Under the pieces are notes generated by a model. It worked only from the letters and a program-made list of their open reading frames with translations. It was not told the origin of the DNA and did not search any database. DNA of 64,000 nucleotides from Lytechinus pictus (Eukaryota): the NCBI RefSeq assembly GCF_037042905.1, contig NC_087252.1, positions 5,024,001-5,088,000 of the forward strand, in the 5' to 3' direction. Position 1 is the first letter of the stretch, and the number at the start of each line of letters is the position of its first letter. Shown here in pieces: positions 14,201-27,100 of this stretch. Both the position numbers and the translations under genes were made by a program.

Positions 14201-16355
14201 CAAACAGGATGTGCATATAACTGTTTTGAGAAATTAAGCGAAATTTTAAACTGTTATAACTTTCTTATTTTACATCCGATTTTGATGAAATTTTCAGTGT
14301 TATGCTTGTTTGATTTTTCTTTTTCTATTCAAATCAGTTTTTTGTTTAGGGTGACTTGTCCTTTGAAAAATCATCACTGGTAAAGATGACAAGTTCAATG
14401 GCCACAAATTTCTATAAGTCTCAAATTAGGATTTTTTCTCCCCCCACCCCATTTTTTTATTGGAGGGGGGGGGGGGGTAGGTAGGGCAGGGTGATGATGG
14501 GGTTCACCTAACAATTAGAGTTAAGATTTAACATGGATTTCTTTTTATTTCACAAAATCTTTCAGAACAATGTTTAGATCTATATCATGAGTAATACCCC
14601 TTTCATAAACCCAATAAAACCTACATGTATCCTCCAATTAGCCGCCTAAGAGTAGGCCTAATGCGGATAATTCAATAAAAATTGCGTTCACAAACTCCGA
14701 AAATTATCCGCATTATTTTTATGAGCGCCCGTCCTGAAAAAGGCGGATAATCGTCATGACAACTGGACACGCCCCCTCCGATGCGTTTGTGTTGGAAAAG
14801 GGTGACCTTGTGACCGCACCATGGCAATTATCCGCATTATTTGGAAATACGTTCATAAACTCAAAATATTGTCCCGATGCCGCTATTATGCGGATAATAG
14901 CAGCATCAGAATAATGCGGATAACTCTTGTCCTCCTCTGATTTTACGACCAAATTATGCTGCTATTAGCCGCATAATTGGGTTTTATTGGGTTTATGAAA
15001 GGGGTATAAGTGTGCCAAATATCTCAGAATAACAATTTAAAAGATATGATTTTCTTGGAAAAAAACCTTGGGCAGTCATTTTCAGATTGAATAAAAAAAA
15101 TGGTGCCCCATGTCTGCGACTGCGCACCCATTCACTTTGCACACGATTCAGGGATTTAAGGCTGCATTTTGAGGCCGTCACAGATTTTTAAAACAATATT
15201 TGTCTATGTATTGCGTGTGTAAATTTTGTGTTCGTTGCGCATCTTCTTTTACTAGTAGAATCGCGCAGATACGCGTCTGCGCAGACAAGGCCGGACTGTG
15301 CAGACTTTGGGGAACTTGCCATAGGCATAGAGAGTAAATCTAGATCCAGTTGTTGTGTGTCCGGACTTTAAAGGTCAAGTCCACTCCAACAAAATGTTGA
15401 TTTGAATCAATAGAGAAAAATCAGACAAGCACAATGCTGAAAATTTCATCAAAATCGGATGTAAAATAAGAAAGTTCTGACATTTCAAAGTTTCGCTTAT
15501 TTAAAAAAAAATATTTATATGAACGAGCCAGTTACATCCAAATTAGAGAGTCGATGATGTCACTCACTCACTATTTCTTTTGTTTTTTATTGTTTGAATT
15601 ATACAATATTTCAATTTTCACGAATTTGACGATTAGGACCTCCTTGCCTGAACCACAAAATGTTAGTATAATGGAATTCCACGTATTCAGGGAGGAATGA
15701 AACGTCATTTCACATGACAATGACGAGAAAATCAAAATATTTCATAATTCATATAATAAAATACAAAAGAAATAGTGAGTGAGTGATGTCATCAGTTCCC
15801 TCATTTGCATACCGGCCGGGATGTGCATACCGGTATAACTCTTTTGTGAAATGAAGCGAAACTTTAAAATGTCATAACTTTCTTATTTTACATCCGATTT
15901 TGATGAAATTTTCTGTGTTATGCTTGTTGAATTTTTCTCTTTTTATTCGAATCAAGTTTTTGTTGGGGTGGACTTGTCCTTTAAACAGCTATTGCCTATT
16001 TTGGCATTACCGGTACTTCACAAAGTTAACAAGCAAATGCAAAGTCTCATCAATTTTAGAACAAAATGTTATGCAATATCAAAGAGAACAAAATTGAAGA
16101 AGATTACAATATTGAATTCATATTTTTTGGACAATCCAATTCCAAACACCAAAGTCATGACAAAGAAAAAGAAGGCTTCAAAACTCCCAACCGTTGCCGC
16201 GGGCCAACCCCGGCCCACACCCCAATCCCAGTCCCCCCATCCTACAAAAATCACATTAACGATTCAATAAATTTACCATATTCCAGATGCAATCCAGATG
16301 ACAAAAGAATACAGATTAGCAGACAGCAATTCGATGGACTTTCGATAGAAAACAT
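1884..16355 (-). CDS. KIRREL: KIRREL/NEPH/Kirre-Rst/SYG-1-like Ig adhesion protein, 5' part (continues beyond the left edge of the window)
   Basis: Exons 16355-16277 (signal peptide MFSIESPSNCCLLICILLSSGLHLEY, G|gtaaat), 3319-2996 (Ig1) and 2201-1884 (Ig2), all phase 1 and in frame. Ig2 (PP..LDGSP..NLTC.A.AANPAATIEWFRD...EGAV..S...GK...VSEL...P...D.G....CRASNAA......L.FDVQ) closely resembles KIRREL1 Ig2 as I recall it. Gene symbol is by resemblance. Confidence 0.78.
2996..3319 (-). CDS. KIRREL-like exon, V-type Ig1
   Basis: VTLHCTV...WIKDG...RYSIVGDASAGEYNLKIVDVTLADDGLYQCQV; GT-AG. Confidence 0.9.
3962..4942 (+). mobile_element. Non-autonomous Helentron-associated (HINE/Tsp/pearl-like) element with ~162-bp internal tandem array
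   Basis: Subterminal inverted repeat GTCTCACCTGCAT / ATGCAGGTGAGAC, tandem units, (GCC)n microsatellite, 3' hairpin, A-rich flanks. Confidence 0.75.
5248..5649. mobile_element. PIF/Harbinger-like MITE, copy 1
   Basis: TIR TACCCCTTTCATAAACCCAATAAAAC; TAA/TTA flanks; near-identical to 14595-15006. Confidence 0.8.
6341..6782. mobile_element. Kolobok-like MITE, internally deleted copy
   Basis: Same termini and arms as 15372-15980. Confidence 0.68.
8199..8405. mobile_element. hAT-like MITE
   Basis: CAGTGGCGTACCTA...TAGGTACGCTAGTG with 8-bp TSD GGTACACC. Confidence 0.8.
10653..11998 (+). mobile_element. Second HINE/Tsp-like copy with a longer 163-bp tandem array
   Basis: Same ends as 3962-4942; unit marker at 10914, 11077, 11240, 11403, 11566. 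Confidence 0.78.
12618..12768. mobile_element. Small MITE (TIR TACCTCAGTCACATTTGCTCT); second copy ~18388-18493
   Basis: Perfect ~21-bp terminal inverted repeat. Confidence 0.65.
13797..14363. mobile_element. Kolobok-like MITE copy
   Basis: Homologous to 15372-15980. Confidence 0.68.
14595..15006. mobile_element. PIF/Harbinger-like MITE, copy 2
   Basis: Same TIR; TAA TSD on both sides. Confidence 0.82.
15372..15980. mobile_element. Kolobok-like fold-back MITE (TTAA TSD, AGG termini)
   Basis: ttaa|AGGTCAAGTCCAC...GTGGACTTGTCCT|ttaa with long imperfect inverted arms. Confidence 0.75.
16277..16355 (-). CDS. KIRREL-like exon 1, signal peptide (absent from ORF track)
   Basis: ATG at 16355, hydrophobic core CCLLICILLSS, phase-1 donor matching the acceptor at 3319. 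Confidence 0.7.
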
Positions 16356-17318
16356 TCTTGACTTCCAATATTCTCAGGACCCAAATCTCCCGTAGCGTAG
16401 AGCGCGTAGGCCGTATCCGATGCCTGGATGAAGCCACTGATGATGCCCAACTCTACCTTTTGACTTCAAATTGTTCAAATTTTATTATAATTTGGAAAGC
16501 AAAAAATTTGGTTACAGGAAATAAAGAACGAGAAACATGAATTCACGCTGTAATGGCTATTCAGAAGTATCCTATGTCTGTTGTTTTGATGTTCATATCG
16601 CCGGAGAAATATTGAATATCTTGGTTTAAACGCCACCTTTTCCAGATTCAGTCCACAAATCACAGCAGTACAGCCACGGCCACGCGAATAAGTGTTGCAA
16701 TCGATCTTGTAATCTGCGCCGCGTCTCCCCGGCCGCCCCGCACTTTCACTGGTCGCGATCGACGAGCTTGAGCGACTTTGCGATGCAGGATGCGAGTGTG
16801 TACGAGTTGAAAATGTGATGAGGCGGACCCTAAACTTCGAGGGAAAACTTTTGATTGACAGCTACCTTCTTACCTGAATTTCAGTGCATGTATTTTCTGT
16901 ATTCAATATAGATGGGTTGAAAACATAGATCTTTTCATAATTTAATAAGCAAAATGTTGATAATCATGGTATTATTACTAAACATTACTTGCATTTTGAA
17001 TTCAATGGTAAAACATCATTTTTTTTTTTTTTTTGAATTGAATTGAAACATCATTTGACCCAGAAATTTATTTGTAATATTTTGGGACTTTATCTAGATG
17101 CATTATGGTTCTGAGATATCCAATATCTTGTCGATTGAGGTAAGATAGAAAGGGACCGCATCCGACAGTTCGCCTGTAGCTAGCTAGGCTAGCTACGTCG
17201 CATCGTGAATTCGAGATGACTCCGAAAATCGAGATGATCTAGTAGTAGTCCTGAGTGAAGTTGTGAGAGACAATACACAATAAATAAAGATTGATTCTGA
17301 AGAAGAATACTGAAATTG
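16356..17318. promoter_or_regulatory. Putative bidirectional promoter / 5' UTR region between the KIRREL-like and nephrin-like genes, with a probable non-coding nephrin first exon ending at 17318
   Basis: Locally CpG-rich unique sequence (16380-16420, 16670-16840, 17155-17230) in AT-rich DNA; + strand donor G|gtaagt at 17318/17319; the first nephrin coding exon has an upstream acceptor and so needs a 5' UTR exon. Confidence 0.55.
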
Positions 17319-18844
17319 GTAAGTATTGTTAGTTGACATCCATTAGTGTTAAGTTACAAATATAAAACTAAGTAAAAGTTGGTGAAAGCATGAAGAGTTC
17401 GGTGAGAAACTATGGATAAGGTCTGGGGCAAGTCGTAATTTTCGGATTGTGTAGTTGTGGTGGCCGGTCGATCACAAAATCGGACAATGCAGTGTGTAAT
17501 GCAGATGAGTAGAGAAACACCTCATGATTAATATTCCTGTGCATGTTTTATCTTCTGTATGGTGTGTGGATTTATGTAAATGAGAATCTAAATCTACTTT
17601 GGTTGACTTTTGGATGGAAATTTAATTATCATGTTCACTTTTAATTTGAGAACTTTCACTTCACTTCAGTTCAATTGTGAATGTGAGTAGGCCTAGCTAG
17701 GACTAGGTTGACTTTCAAGTTTCAGTTTCAGATAGAGGACTATGTGATATGATCTGCCAGTTGCACTGTCTTTGTTGAAACAGGGACGTGTCCCTGGTTG
17801 AAATGATAAAGGCCTAGTAACAGATTCAATTTTCTGTTAGTAAAATGCTTGAGCAGAAGTGGGTAAAATTAAAGTCCATATAAAAGCTGGCAGACCCGAT
17901 CAAATAACTCATTTCATTGTGGCAGATGCTTTTACCCATGGACCTACTTGGTCCATGGTCCACCAAAGTTAGCTCCACTGTAGTCATGGTAGGAGCGCAT
18001 AGAGCTTATCCAATTGCCTATCCTAAGTAAAGTGTAATTGATACCTTCCTAATCCTAATTCCTATTTATTGTGTGATTAGCATCAATGAGCCTAGTTGTA
18101 TGTAAATACTCTGATCAATAGCTAGTCTTGTTAAGTTGTTGAATAGCATCACAACAAGGAACAATTGAATCTGTTTCAATGCTGAACACAATTTAGATGA
18201 TCAACAACCAATAAAGGATGATTATGTTCCACTAAATCTTCTTTGTATTCTGTAAGTGAAATGCAATAAAATGAACAAAGAGAAAAGGTAGGCCTAACTT
18301 GTTTATGTGCAAAGTGCGTTGTAACTTGAAAGATCAATTACACGATCAGTTTCAATTGTACTAGGAAGTTCCTATTGATTTTAAGAATACCTCAGTCACA
18401 TTTGCTCTGTAGACAGAGCCTGTGTGGCGAGTTAAAAACAGCTGTTTTAACATTCTTTATAAGAGCTGCATATAGGTGGTTGTGATTGAGGTACAAGTAC
18501 TGCAGGCTATACATGTAGGCCAATGACTACATGTACTTTAAAGGGGTACCCTGGGCTGAAATTAATCACAACTAAATAAATAAAGTAAAATTACATCCAG
18601 AGCAAAAGGCTTGATATGTCATGAAAATTTGGTAATAAATAAAGTTATTGAATTTGTAATTTTAGCAATGTTTTGTGAAAACAGTTAAGGGCCTATTCAC
18701 GCCATCATAATAGGTGTGTTGATGATAAGATGTCCCCACTTTTTTTTTTAATGCCATGATTGTTTCATATCTGTCTCCCTTGTACATGAAACAAAATAAG
18801 TTACAGCAGTGATTAGTATACACAATTAATCAGAGGTCAATTCA

Positions 18845-18896
18845 TTTTTTGTCTCACCTGCGAAGCAGAGTGAGACTATAGGCGCCGCTTTTCCGA
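18845..18896 (-). mobile_element. 3'-end fragment of the HINE/Tsp-like family
   Basis: gtctcacctgc...gagactataggcgccgcttttccga. Confidence 0.6.
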
Positions 18897-21087
18897 ATAG
18901 TACAACACAAAATGTCTGATTTTGATGAAATTTTCAGTGCTACATGTAGGTTGTCTGGTTTTATTTTTATATCTGTTCCAATCATATTATTTTTAGCCTG
19001 GATTACCCACTTTCATTAATACAGGTATGCTTGTGACTTGATAAAAGTAAATCATTTTGATTCTTGAAAAAAATACTGTACACGTTTATACATAAAATGT
19101 AGCCTACACTGTACATGTACTTGAAACATGGAGCTATGCTTGAAAGTAAGTTTTTGTTGGTTGACAGTTTTATTCCATATCAAAATAAAGGTATCTACAT
19201 ATAATATGTCTCATCTTGAATAATGTAGGTTTTTTGAAATGGTAAAGAATGTTCTCACCATGTGCTGTATTGAAATACAAGATCAGCCATTGGATTAGAA
19301 TACCGGAAATTTATTGCAAATTCAGTACATGTATTTTCCACAATGAAATGGTGTAAAGAGTAAAGATTTTCACTCTTTTCGAAGGAGAGTGTATGCAGTA
19401 AGACTAGTAACGTACTCATGTCATGCTGGGTCCTTAAGTGGTTTGAGGTCAAAGGTTAAATTACCACAGTGGTCATACTGTGAAGTTACCAAAAAACGCA
19501 GTACAGGTGGATGAACTGGATTTGAAGGCTCTCCACTGGACTTGCTGTAACATCCCTTCCAATCCTCTTTCTAAAAGACCATTCACACTCAAAGAAATTT
19601 TGATTTTTAAATACTTTAATTTTTAATAAAGTTTCTTTTTTTTTTAAAGTGTAGTTGTGTGAAATGTATTTTTATGAACAAAATTTCCCGGGTTTTGTAC
19701 ATTGTGGTATTTATTGTTTTAGTATCAGATAATATAAGGTATGAGAATTTAGAAATTTATTTTTTAGAGATCAAAGAATGTCAAGAAATTTGCATCACAT
19801 CTGGGTAGGATTACTGTAGCTATATTGGTAAATTTATGAAAAATCACATTTAGGCTCCAAAATGTGCTATATTCATTAAGTAGTCATCAACTTGAAATAA
19901 ACTGCCTCCCATTTTGATGAACAATCATCCCAAGTTGATAAAATCCATGTAACTTCATGGTGAATTACTTACTAAATTTTTAATGCAGTTGAAATTTCAA
20001 TGAAATGAGCAGAGAACATATGATAAAACTGAGAGAAGAGGCCAGCTTTTCCATGCTTCATGTACGCATCTCATTACATGTACATGTAGCTCATACAGTT
20101 GTGACAACAGCCATCTTGATTGATAGTTGTAATCTAAACATGTTGTGGAACCCAACCCATCAGAGTTTATACCAATCACATCACACTTGCTTGCTCTCTC
20201 CCATAAACACAGCACCCCCATTCATAAACAACAGCTTAAAGGGGGAAATCAGATACATGTTGTAGTACAGGTGTATCTTGAAAAAAATGGCATTGACTGC
20301 AAGCTGGCTGAACTACAAACAAGTGGCCTGAGACTGATTTTTCTCCATAAAGTAAAAAGAAAAGTTTATTGTAAAAAAAAAAGATTGTATCATTAAGAGC
20401 CAGCATACATGTAGGTCTATACTAATGTATATGTCCCTGAACAGCAAATAGGAGAATGGGAATTAAACACCTTTGCTTGATCTAATAAATTCAAAATTGA
20501 ACAGTGATCATTTTCTGTATACTTTTCACCATAACACTTACTTTTTTTTCCGACTAACAGTCATGAATTTTAGCCTACTATACCATTAATTTACTAAATA
20601 ATTATTACATTAAAAAAAAGTTTACTATGATCATATTCATAATGGTACTTTAATTAACGGCTTAGCAAGATAACTAGGGGAACATTTGTTTGAATGAGTT
20701 TGATTGCAACATTGTTAATTAAATCCTTTTTGAAATTTGAGCGCTTGCCTTAAAATATTCATCTTCATGGTCAAAATAGCATGCGCCTCAAAAAAAGGAA
20801 AAAAAGAAGAACATCAACGAGACTCTGTGAAAGTACATGTACCATTGGCAGTGATCCCTCAGTTTTCATGAAATCATCGCTCATGAATATTCTCCTAGTA
20901 CTAGCCTAGCACATCCTATATAGTATGAAGCATTTGCAGAGAATCGTTATCAATGGTTTTAGGAAGGATGAACTGTCATACCATTCTTATCTCCATGGTC
21001 AGAAGTCATCATCTCTTTCTATTTTCTTTTCTCTATCTCCCTTTCACAGGTTCAAAGTAAAAGAGATAACACAGACATTCTCCCACC

Positions 21088-21169
21088 ATGATTCACATCT
21101 CTTCCTGCCCAAGACGCCATCTTGCTTTGCTCGTTGCATTCACTAGTCTGTGTCTTCAAGTCTTTCCAG
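21088..21169 (+). CDS. Nephrin-like coding exon 1: signal peptide MIHISSCPRRHLALLVAFTSLCLQVFP
   Basis: ccaccATG context; polypyrimidine acceptor upstream (exon starts at 21050); donor G|gtatgt in phase 1 joins the 26846 exon. Confidence 0.8.
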
Positions 21170-24100
21170 GTATGTTTCTAGAAGTCCATGGTTCATGTTC
21201 TAAAATCGAAATATCTTTAATAATAATATGCATGGGTATCTTTGGAAAGAGAAAGCTTGTCACGTTCAAAACAGTTGTCATGTATCAAAGTAACAGCACC
21301 CCTACCCTTTTTTCTTAAATTTCATTTGAGTTTTTTTATCAATGAATAAATCATGCAGTTTTTATGTTCTATTAATGTATTTTCTATTTTGATGATCTTG
21401 ACATTTTATTCATTTTCAAGTTATTTGCTTGTGTAAAAATGTATTATTTGTTTCACTATAAAAAGCCTTTCCTAGTTGATAATTTTTTCCGGTGATGCTT
21501 TGTTTCATGTATGTCTATGATAGTGATATTTTTTTTTGTAATTGTTGATATTTTTTCATTGGGGCATTGATGAAAAACAGAAAAATGCTTAATCTTTGTA
21601 CTTTTTAAAATATATTCCAGTAGATAAATAAATGAATAACCAAGTATTCATGAATGACTGAGTGACTGAATGAATGGATATATATAAATGAATAAATAAA
21701 TGAAGAAGTGATTGAATGAATAATCGAAAGATAAATAAATGAATGTACAACTGAATGAATAAAAAAATTAATTTTTTACAATTACTGATCAAAAGCCAAT
21801 ACACAAAACAGGGTTTCCTTGTCTTAATGGAGGAACATGTATCAGCCTACATTTGCATTGCAATTGCAACAACCTATATGCTCTTTCTCTCTCTCTCTCT
21901 CTCTATTTCGTACTCATTATTTCTCCATTTCAATGCTTTTCAATAATTCTTAGCTCAGTTTCATAGCACTTGATAGTTTTTCACGTTCCTTTAATTTCCT
22001 TCCATTGTGATAAGACACATTGCAATTACCCCTTTTCCAGTAGGCAATCCTGAAGTCAAACCATTTTTTCCAGCGTTTCCATGAAAACCAAGATGGCCGC
22101 CTGTTATTTACCCTATAGCCTTGGCCTCAAGGGTATTTTATATTACATTGCTCCACAGTAGGAATTTGACAGCTACAGTCTACCTTGGCAGAAGTGAACT
22201 AAATCAAATATAAGCGAGGAGCTTTGAAGCTCCTTGATATAAGGGACCTTCTTGGAACTACATGTAGGCCTACTCCATACCATTGGCTGAAAAGTTTATA
22301 GTTATTCAAGGAAATTTGAGCTGGGCAGTATTTTCATATTATCAAAATTATGCGATATTGAAGAAATCTTGAATATTCGATAATAGTTTTAGTATACTAA
22401 TCTTTTGTGGAAACATGACATGACCTTTTTGTCAATTTTGTGAAATGTTAATCACCATTTACATGTATTGACCACAAATACTGCTCTGTATAAACCAACT
22501 CATAACTTTGTAAAAGTTGGTAAACTCTAAAAACGAAGAGCTGATTTATAGCTCCTAAAGAGCGTGTATAGCGACTGCACTTCGGAGTGCTGATTTGTCT
22601 AGTTCAAATTCGAACGAGAAAAATCAGCACTCCGAAGTGCAGTCACTATACACTCTCTTTAAGAGATATATTAGCCCTTTGTTTTTTATTACAAGCACTT
22701 ATATGGAATAAGCCTTCATAATGGATTTATGTTTTTCCAATTTGTCTAATGCCAATTCGTCCAATTGCCAACTCGTCTACTACCATTTGGTCTATCATCA
22801 GTTCGCCTACTCACCACATGGTCTACTTTCATTTAGTCTAATGCCATTCCATCTAATAACCAGTTGGTCCAAAAACCATTTAGTCCATATACCATTTGGT
22901 CCAATTAAACTAAAGTGTTAATTGTGCAAAATGAATGAAAAGAAAATGGATATTAGACCAACTGGTTATTAGATAAAATGGTAATAGACGAAATGGTGAT
23001 TAGACAAAGTGATGATTGGACCAAATGGTTATTGTACCAAATGGTTGTTAGACGAAATGTTGATAGACGGAATGGCATGAGACTAAATGAAGGTAGAGCA
23101 TGTGGTGAGTGGACGAGTTGGCAGTGGACAAATTGGCAATTTACCTTCATAATTTCCCCCTTCCCTACTCTCACAGGAGTGATGTACACATGTCATAATA
23201 AACATAAACAATTTCAGACTCTGCAATATATTGTGTTATCGGTGATATTTTGCTGTGATAATCGACTAATACCCCTTTCATACTGCCCTCTTCATTTTTC
23301 ACCGGCGAACTTCGCCGGCGAACTTCTCCGCCTCGCATTCCTCACTTCACCGGCGAAGAAAAAATGTACCCTTTCGCACTGACATTTCTTCCCCGGCGAA
23401 AGTCAACGGGCGATTGCAGATCAAACGAAAGAAAATTGTAAACATTACTTCTTACCTATTACGAAAAGGTATCAAAAAATTAATTACAACATATTTTGGA
23501 AGTATTACGATAAAAACCATTAATATCACCTTGTTTTTATATCTTAGCGCATTTTATAGTATGTTAAAAGTGCTTTTTAATAAATATCGTTAGTAAAAAA
23601 AAATATGTTCGAGGGAATTTACTTGGCCATAGCATTCAGCTGAGCTTGCAACTATCGCGCGCAGAATCTCGGTACAGGGGACTTCGGGAGAGAAAAAATT
23701 GACCTCTGACGTCATTAAAGAGGAGAAGTTCTCCGGTTTGCTTTCATACTGGCCTTTTCACTGGCGAACTTTGCCGGTGAAACAGTTTCGCCGGTGAAGT
23801 TCTCCACCTCTAGAGGTGGAGAAGTTCACCGGTGAAGTTCTCCTGTGTACCTTTCATACTGGACACTTTCCCCTTCGCTGGCGAACTTCGCCGGTGGAAA
23901 GCGCAATATGAAAGGGGTATAACATTGAAAAGAAATTTCTAACAGCATTACTTATAGGAAAGTAGTCTGAATAAACAGCCTGTATGTAAAGTCCATGATT
24001 TGACATCTGCAGAAATTGTAACAAGTTGTAATTTGTGCTAGTCTTATGCCAAGAAGACCCACTAGTTTCAATCAGGGTCTGTGCCTTCAGACTAAACTGA

Positions 24101-27100
24101 TAATGGTGTGTTATTGAAAAATGCGTGATCATTGGGTGGTAAGAAAGTGAACCCCCAAAACATGGATACCTTCATAAACTAAAAAAAAGGGTATGCATTT
24201 AACTCATCATCAGACACATTTATTCACGAACCTTTGAAAAATTTAATTTTTGGATATTGTACTTGACTTTAGGATAGCTGCTTGCCAGTGATGTCATAAT
24301 TTCACAAGCAAAATGAAATATTCTTATAAAATCTTCATGTGATGATGTTTACTCTAAAAGTTAATATTTTTCTGCTTTTATTGAAACCAACTGACAACAT
24401 CTTTCATTTCCTCCATCTTACCATCATCCACAATGCAATTTGATGCTCCTTAAATCATACAAGAGGGAATGTCTCTAAACTCTATTATGACAAAACCACA
24501 ATCACTATATCTACTTGTACAAGCCATTATCCTTGACTTTGACTTTCATAATGCCATTCAATCAAATACCTGAAAGCGTGCACTTTAAGACCCCCAATTC
24601 TGTCACACAATGGGGTGTTTAACTTTACAAAGATTTTCCATTCAGAGGTGAACCAAAATAGGTGGTTTCAGACCGCCTCGAAGTTCGCCAGTTCCAGGTA
24701 TTCTCTGATCGGGAAATTTACCCCGATCAGAAAATACCAGGTATTTTGGCGGTCTGAAAGCAAACTACGCGTAATATCCCCGAAAGAAAATACCCGATAA
24801 ATAGTAGGTACTTGGCGAAATTACGAGAACTTTCGCGGGGATTTTTCCAAGGTCGTGGGTATTTTGGCGGTCTGAAAGCAAATTACGGGAACTTTTAGCC
24901 CAGCGTGTCGTTGGGTGCGGCGCCGTGCATGGGTTGCTGCTGGGCTAGTGATTTTGAATTTCGCGCCTTGCTGCTTATCAGACCATACTGCGCATGCTCG
25001 TAACTTCAGGAACTTATCCCGAAGGGTATGTTTCAGGGCGGTGTGAATGCAGGAATAATTAATGGGTATTTTTCAGCCTAAAAAAGTTCTCGTAATTTAA
25101 CGGGGATTCTTGTGATCGAGGCGGTTTGAAACCACCTATTGTCTGCGGGTGTTTGCGCTTGGGATAATTTTTCAGCGTAATTCTGTTGTCAGACTTTTGT
25201 TACAATTTCAGTAAATTGGTGCAAAGGTGCGACCTCTGTTAACCCCCGAGGCATTTGGATTTGGTGTTTGATTTCTTGAGTGGAATTTGCAAAATCTTTC
25301 CAAATTATCCATGAGGTCAGACTCAGAATTTGGAGAGTGTTCACATGGTTCTTTAACTAAGCCTAAAGTAATATTTTATAATTTTTTTTTAAGGGCAAGT
25401 TCCTCAATATTTAGGCAAGAAAGATGGACAGAATTCGTTACCTTTTTTTGATGGGTGTATTTTCATGCCAGAATTGACCATTTTCGGAGAGAGCATCTGC
25501 TTGTAGGCCACATGTAAATATGGATGATGTCTATTAAAATTTTGGTTTATTTCCAATTCGTCAAATGCCAATTCGTCCAATTGCCAACTTGTATACTACC
25601 AGTTTCGTCTAAAACTTGAGTGTTAATTGTGCAAAATGAATGAAAAGAAAATGGGTATTAGACGAAATGATAATAGACGAAATGGTGATTAGACAAAGTG
25701 ATGATTCGACCAAATGGTTATTGGACCAAATGTTGATGGATGGAATGGCATCAGACTAAATAAAGGTAGACCATGTGGTGAGTGCACAAGTAGGCAGTGG
25801 ACGAATTGGCAATTTACTAATATTTTCACATCACGTTCATTGAAGCACCTCCATGATAGAAGTAGCCCTACAGTGTACTGTATGTTTTTAGCATAAGAAT
25901 ATTTTCACAGTTCATTACTAATTCCATAAAAATGCCATTATCTCATACCCACTTCTGTATTAAAGAAATGTGCATAGGCTTTATTTATCTTTTTAATAAT
26001 CATGAACCATAAAAAAATGGGAATTAGTGGATGACATATCAGCTGCCTATGCTTACAAGATGTCCCACATTCAAACTTAACAAATTCTAACTCTTACTCT
26101 ACATTGTACAGTAGAGGCTCTACCTTCTCCAAGATGTTTTTCTTAGGCCTGTAAAACAAACTTTTCGTCAGGGTTAACTTCCCTGTCAACAATTTTTTAA
26201 TAAAGGTAAAAAAAAATTGCCATCCCAACAGCGATTTAATGTACTTTGATGATATAAAAGCTACAGGTCAGGACTAGGCCCATGTCTGTATGTAGAATCT
26301 CACGTTGAAACCAAAGGGGGTGGGGCAACCTAAAGGCACCTATTATCTTGAGGTCGTACCCTTTCCACAGTCTCTTGAAAAATTAATGTGGCAGAGAAAT
26401 ATGAGGTTGAACAGAGTCAAGAGAGAGGGTCCATTTGTCAGGTGGAATAAGCAGGTTTAAAGGTCCAGCAGGTGTTTTCTTAGATTTTGGAAATTCAGCT
26501 TATTCTATTATTTTAAATATTTATTAAGTTTGCTTTCTTAGAAATTTCAGTTTATATCTTGAATATTACTGTAAATCAAGCAAAAAATTGTTTTGTGTGT
26601 AAATCTGCGACATTGGATTTATAAGCTTTAACATTGCAGTGATTCAATGAATGGGGGATTGTCCAGAGCTCTTTCGAGCATTTTGGGGACATAATCTCCC
26701 CGAGCCCTGTGTATTTTTTCCCCTGCTGTAAATGTCTTTCTGTTTGATATATTTATTTTTTTTAACAAAAAAGTTATAGATGTGACTTCTCATTTGTTTT
26801 TAACAATACTTATTTTTCTGATTGTTTATGTATTTCACTATGCAGTCCGCTGCCAGCAGAGCTTTGCGACCACGCCGGTGGACACCGAAGTTGTGGAGGG
26901 GCAAGACGTGACCCTTCAATGTGCCGTGGACAATCTTCAAGGTCGTATTATCTGGTCCAAAGACGATGTTTTACTTGGATCAGATAGATCACTACCAGGA
27001 TATGACAGATATACAGTGAAAGGTAAATGAATTAAGGCTGTTCTTGAGACAAATACCATATTTACTGGGGAATATTTATTTTTTTACCAGGCCTCTAAAT

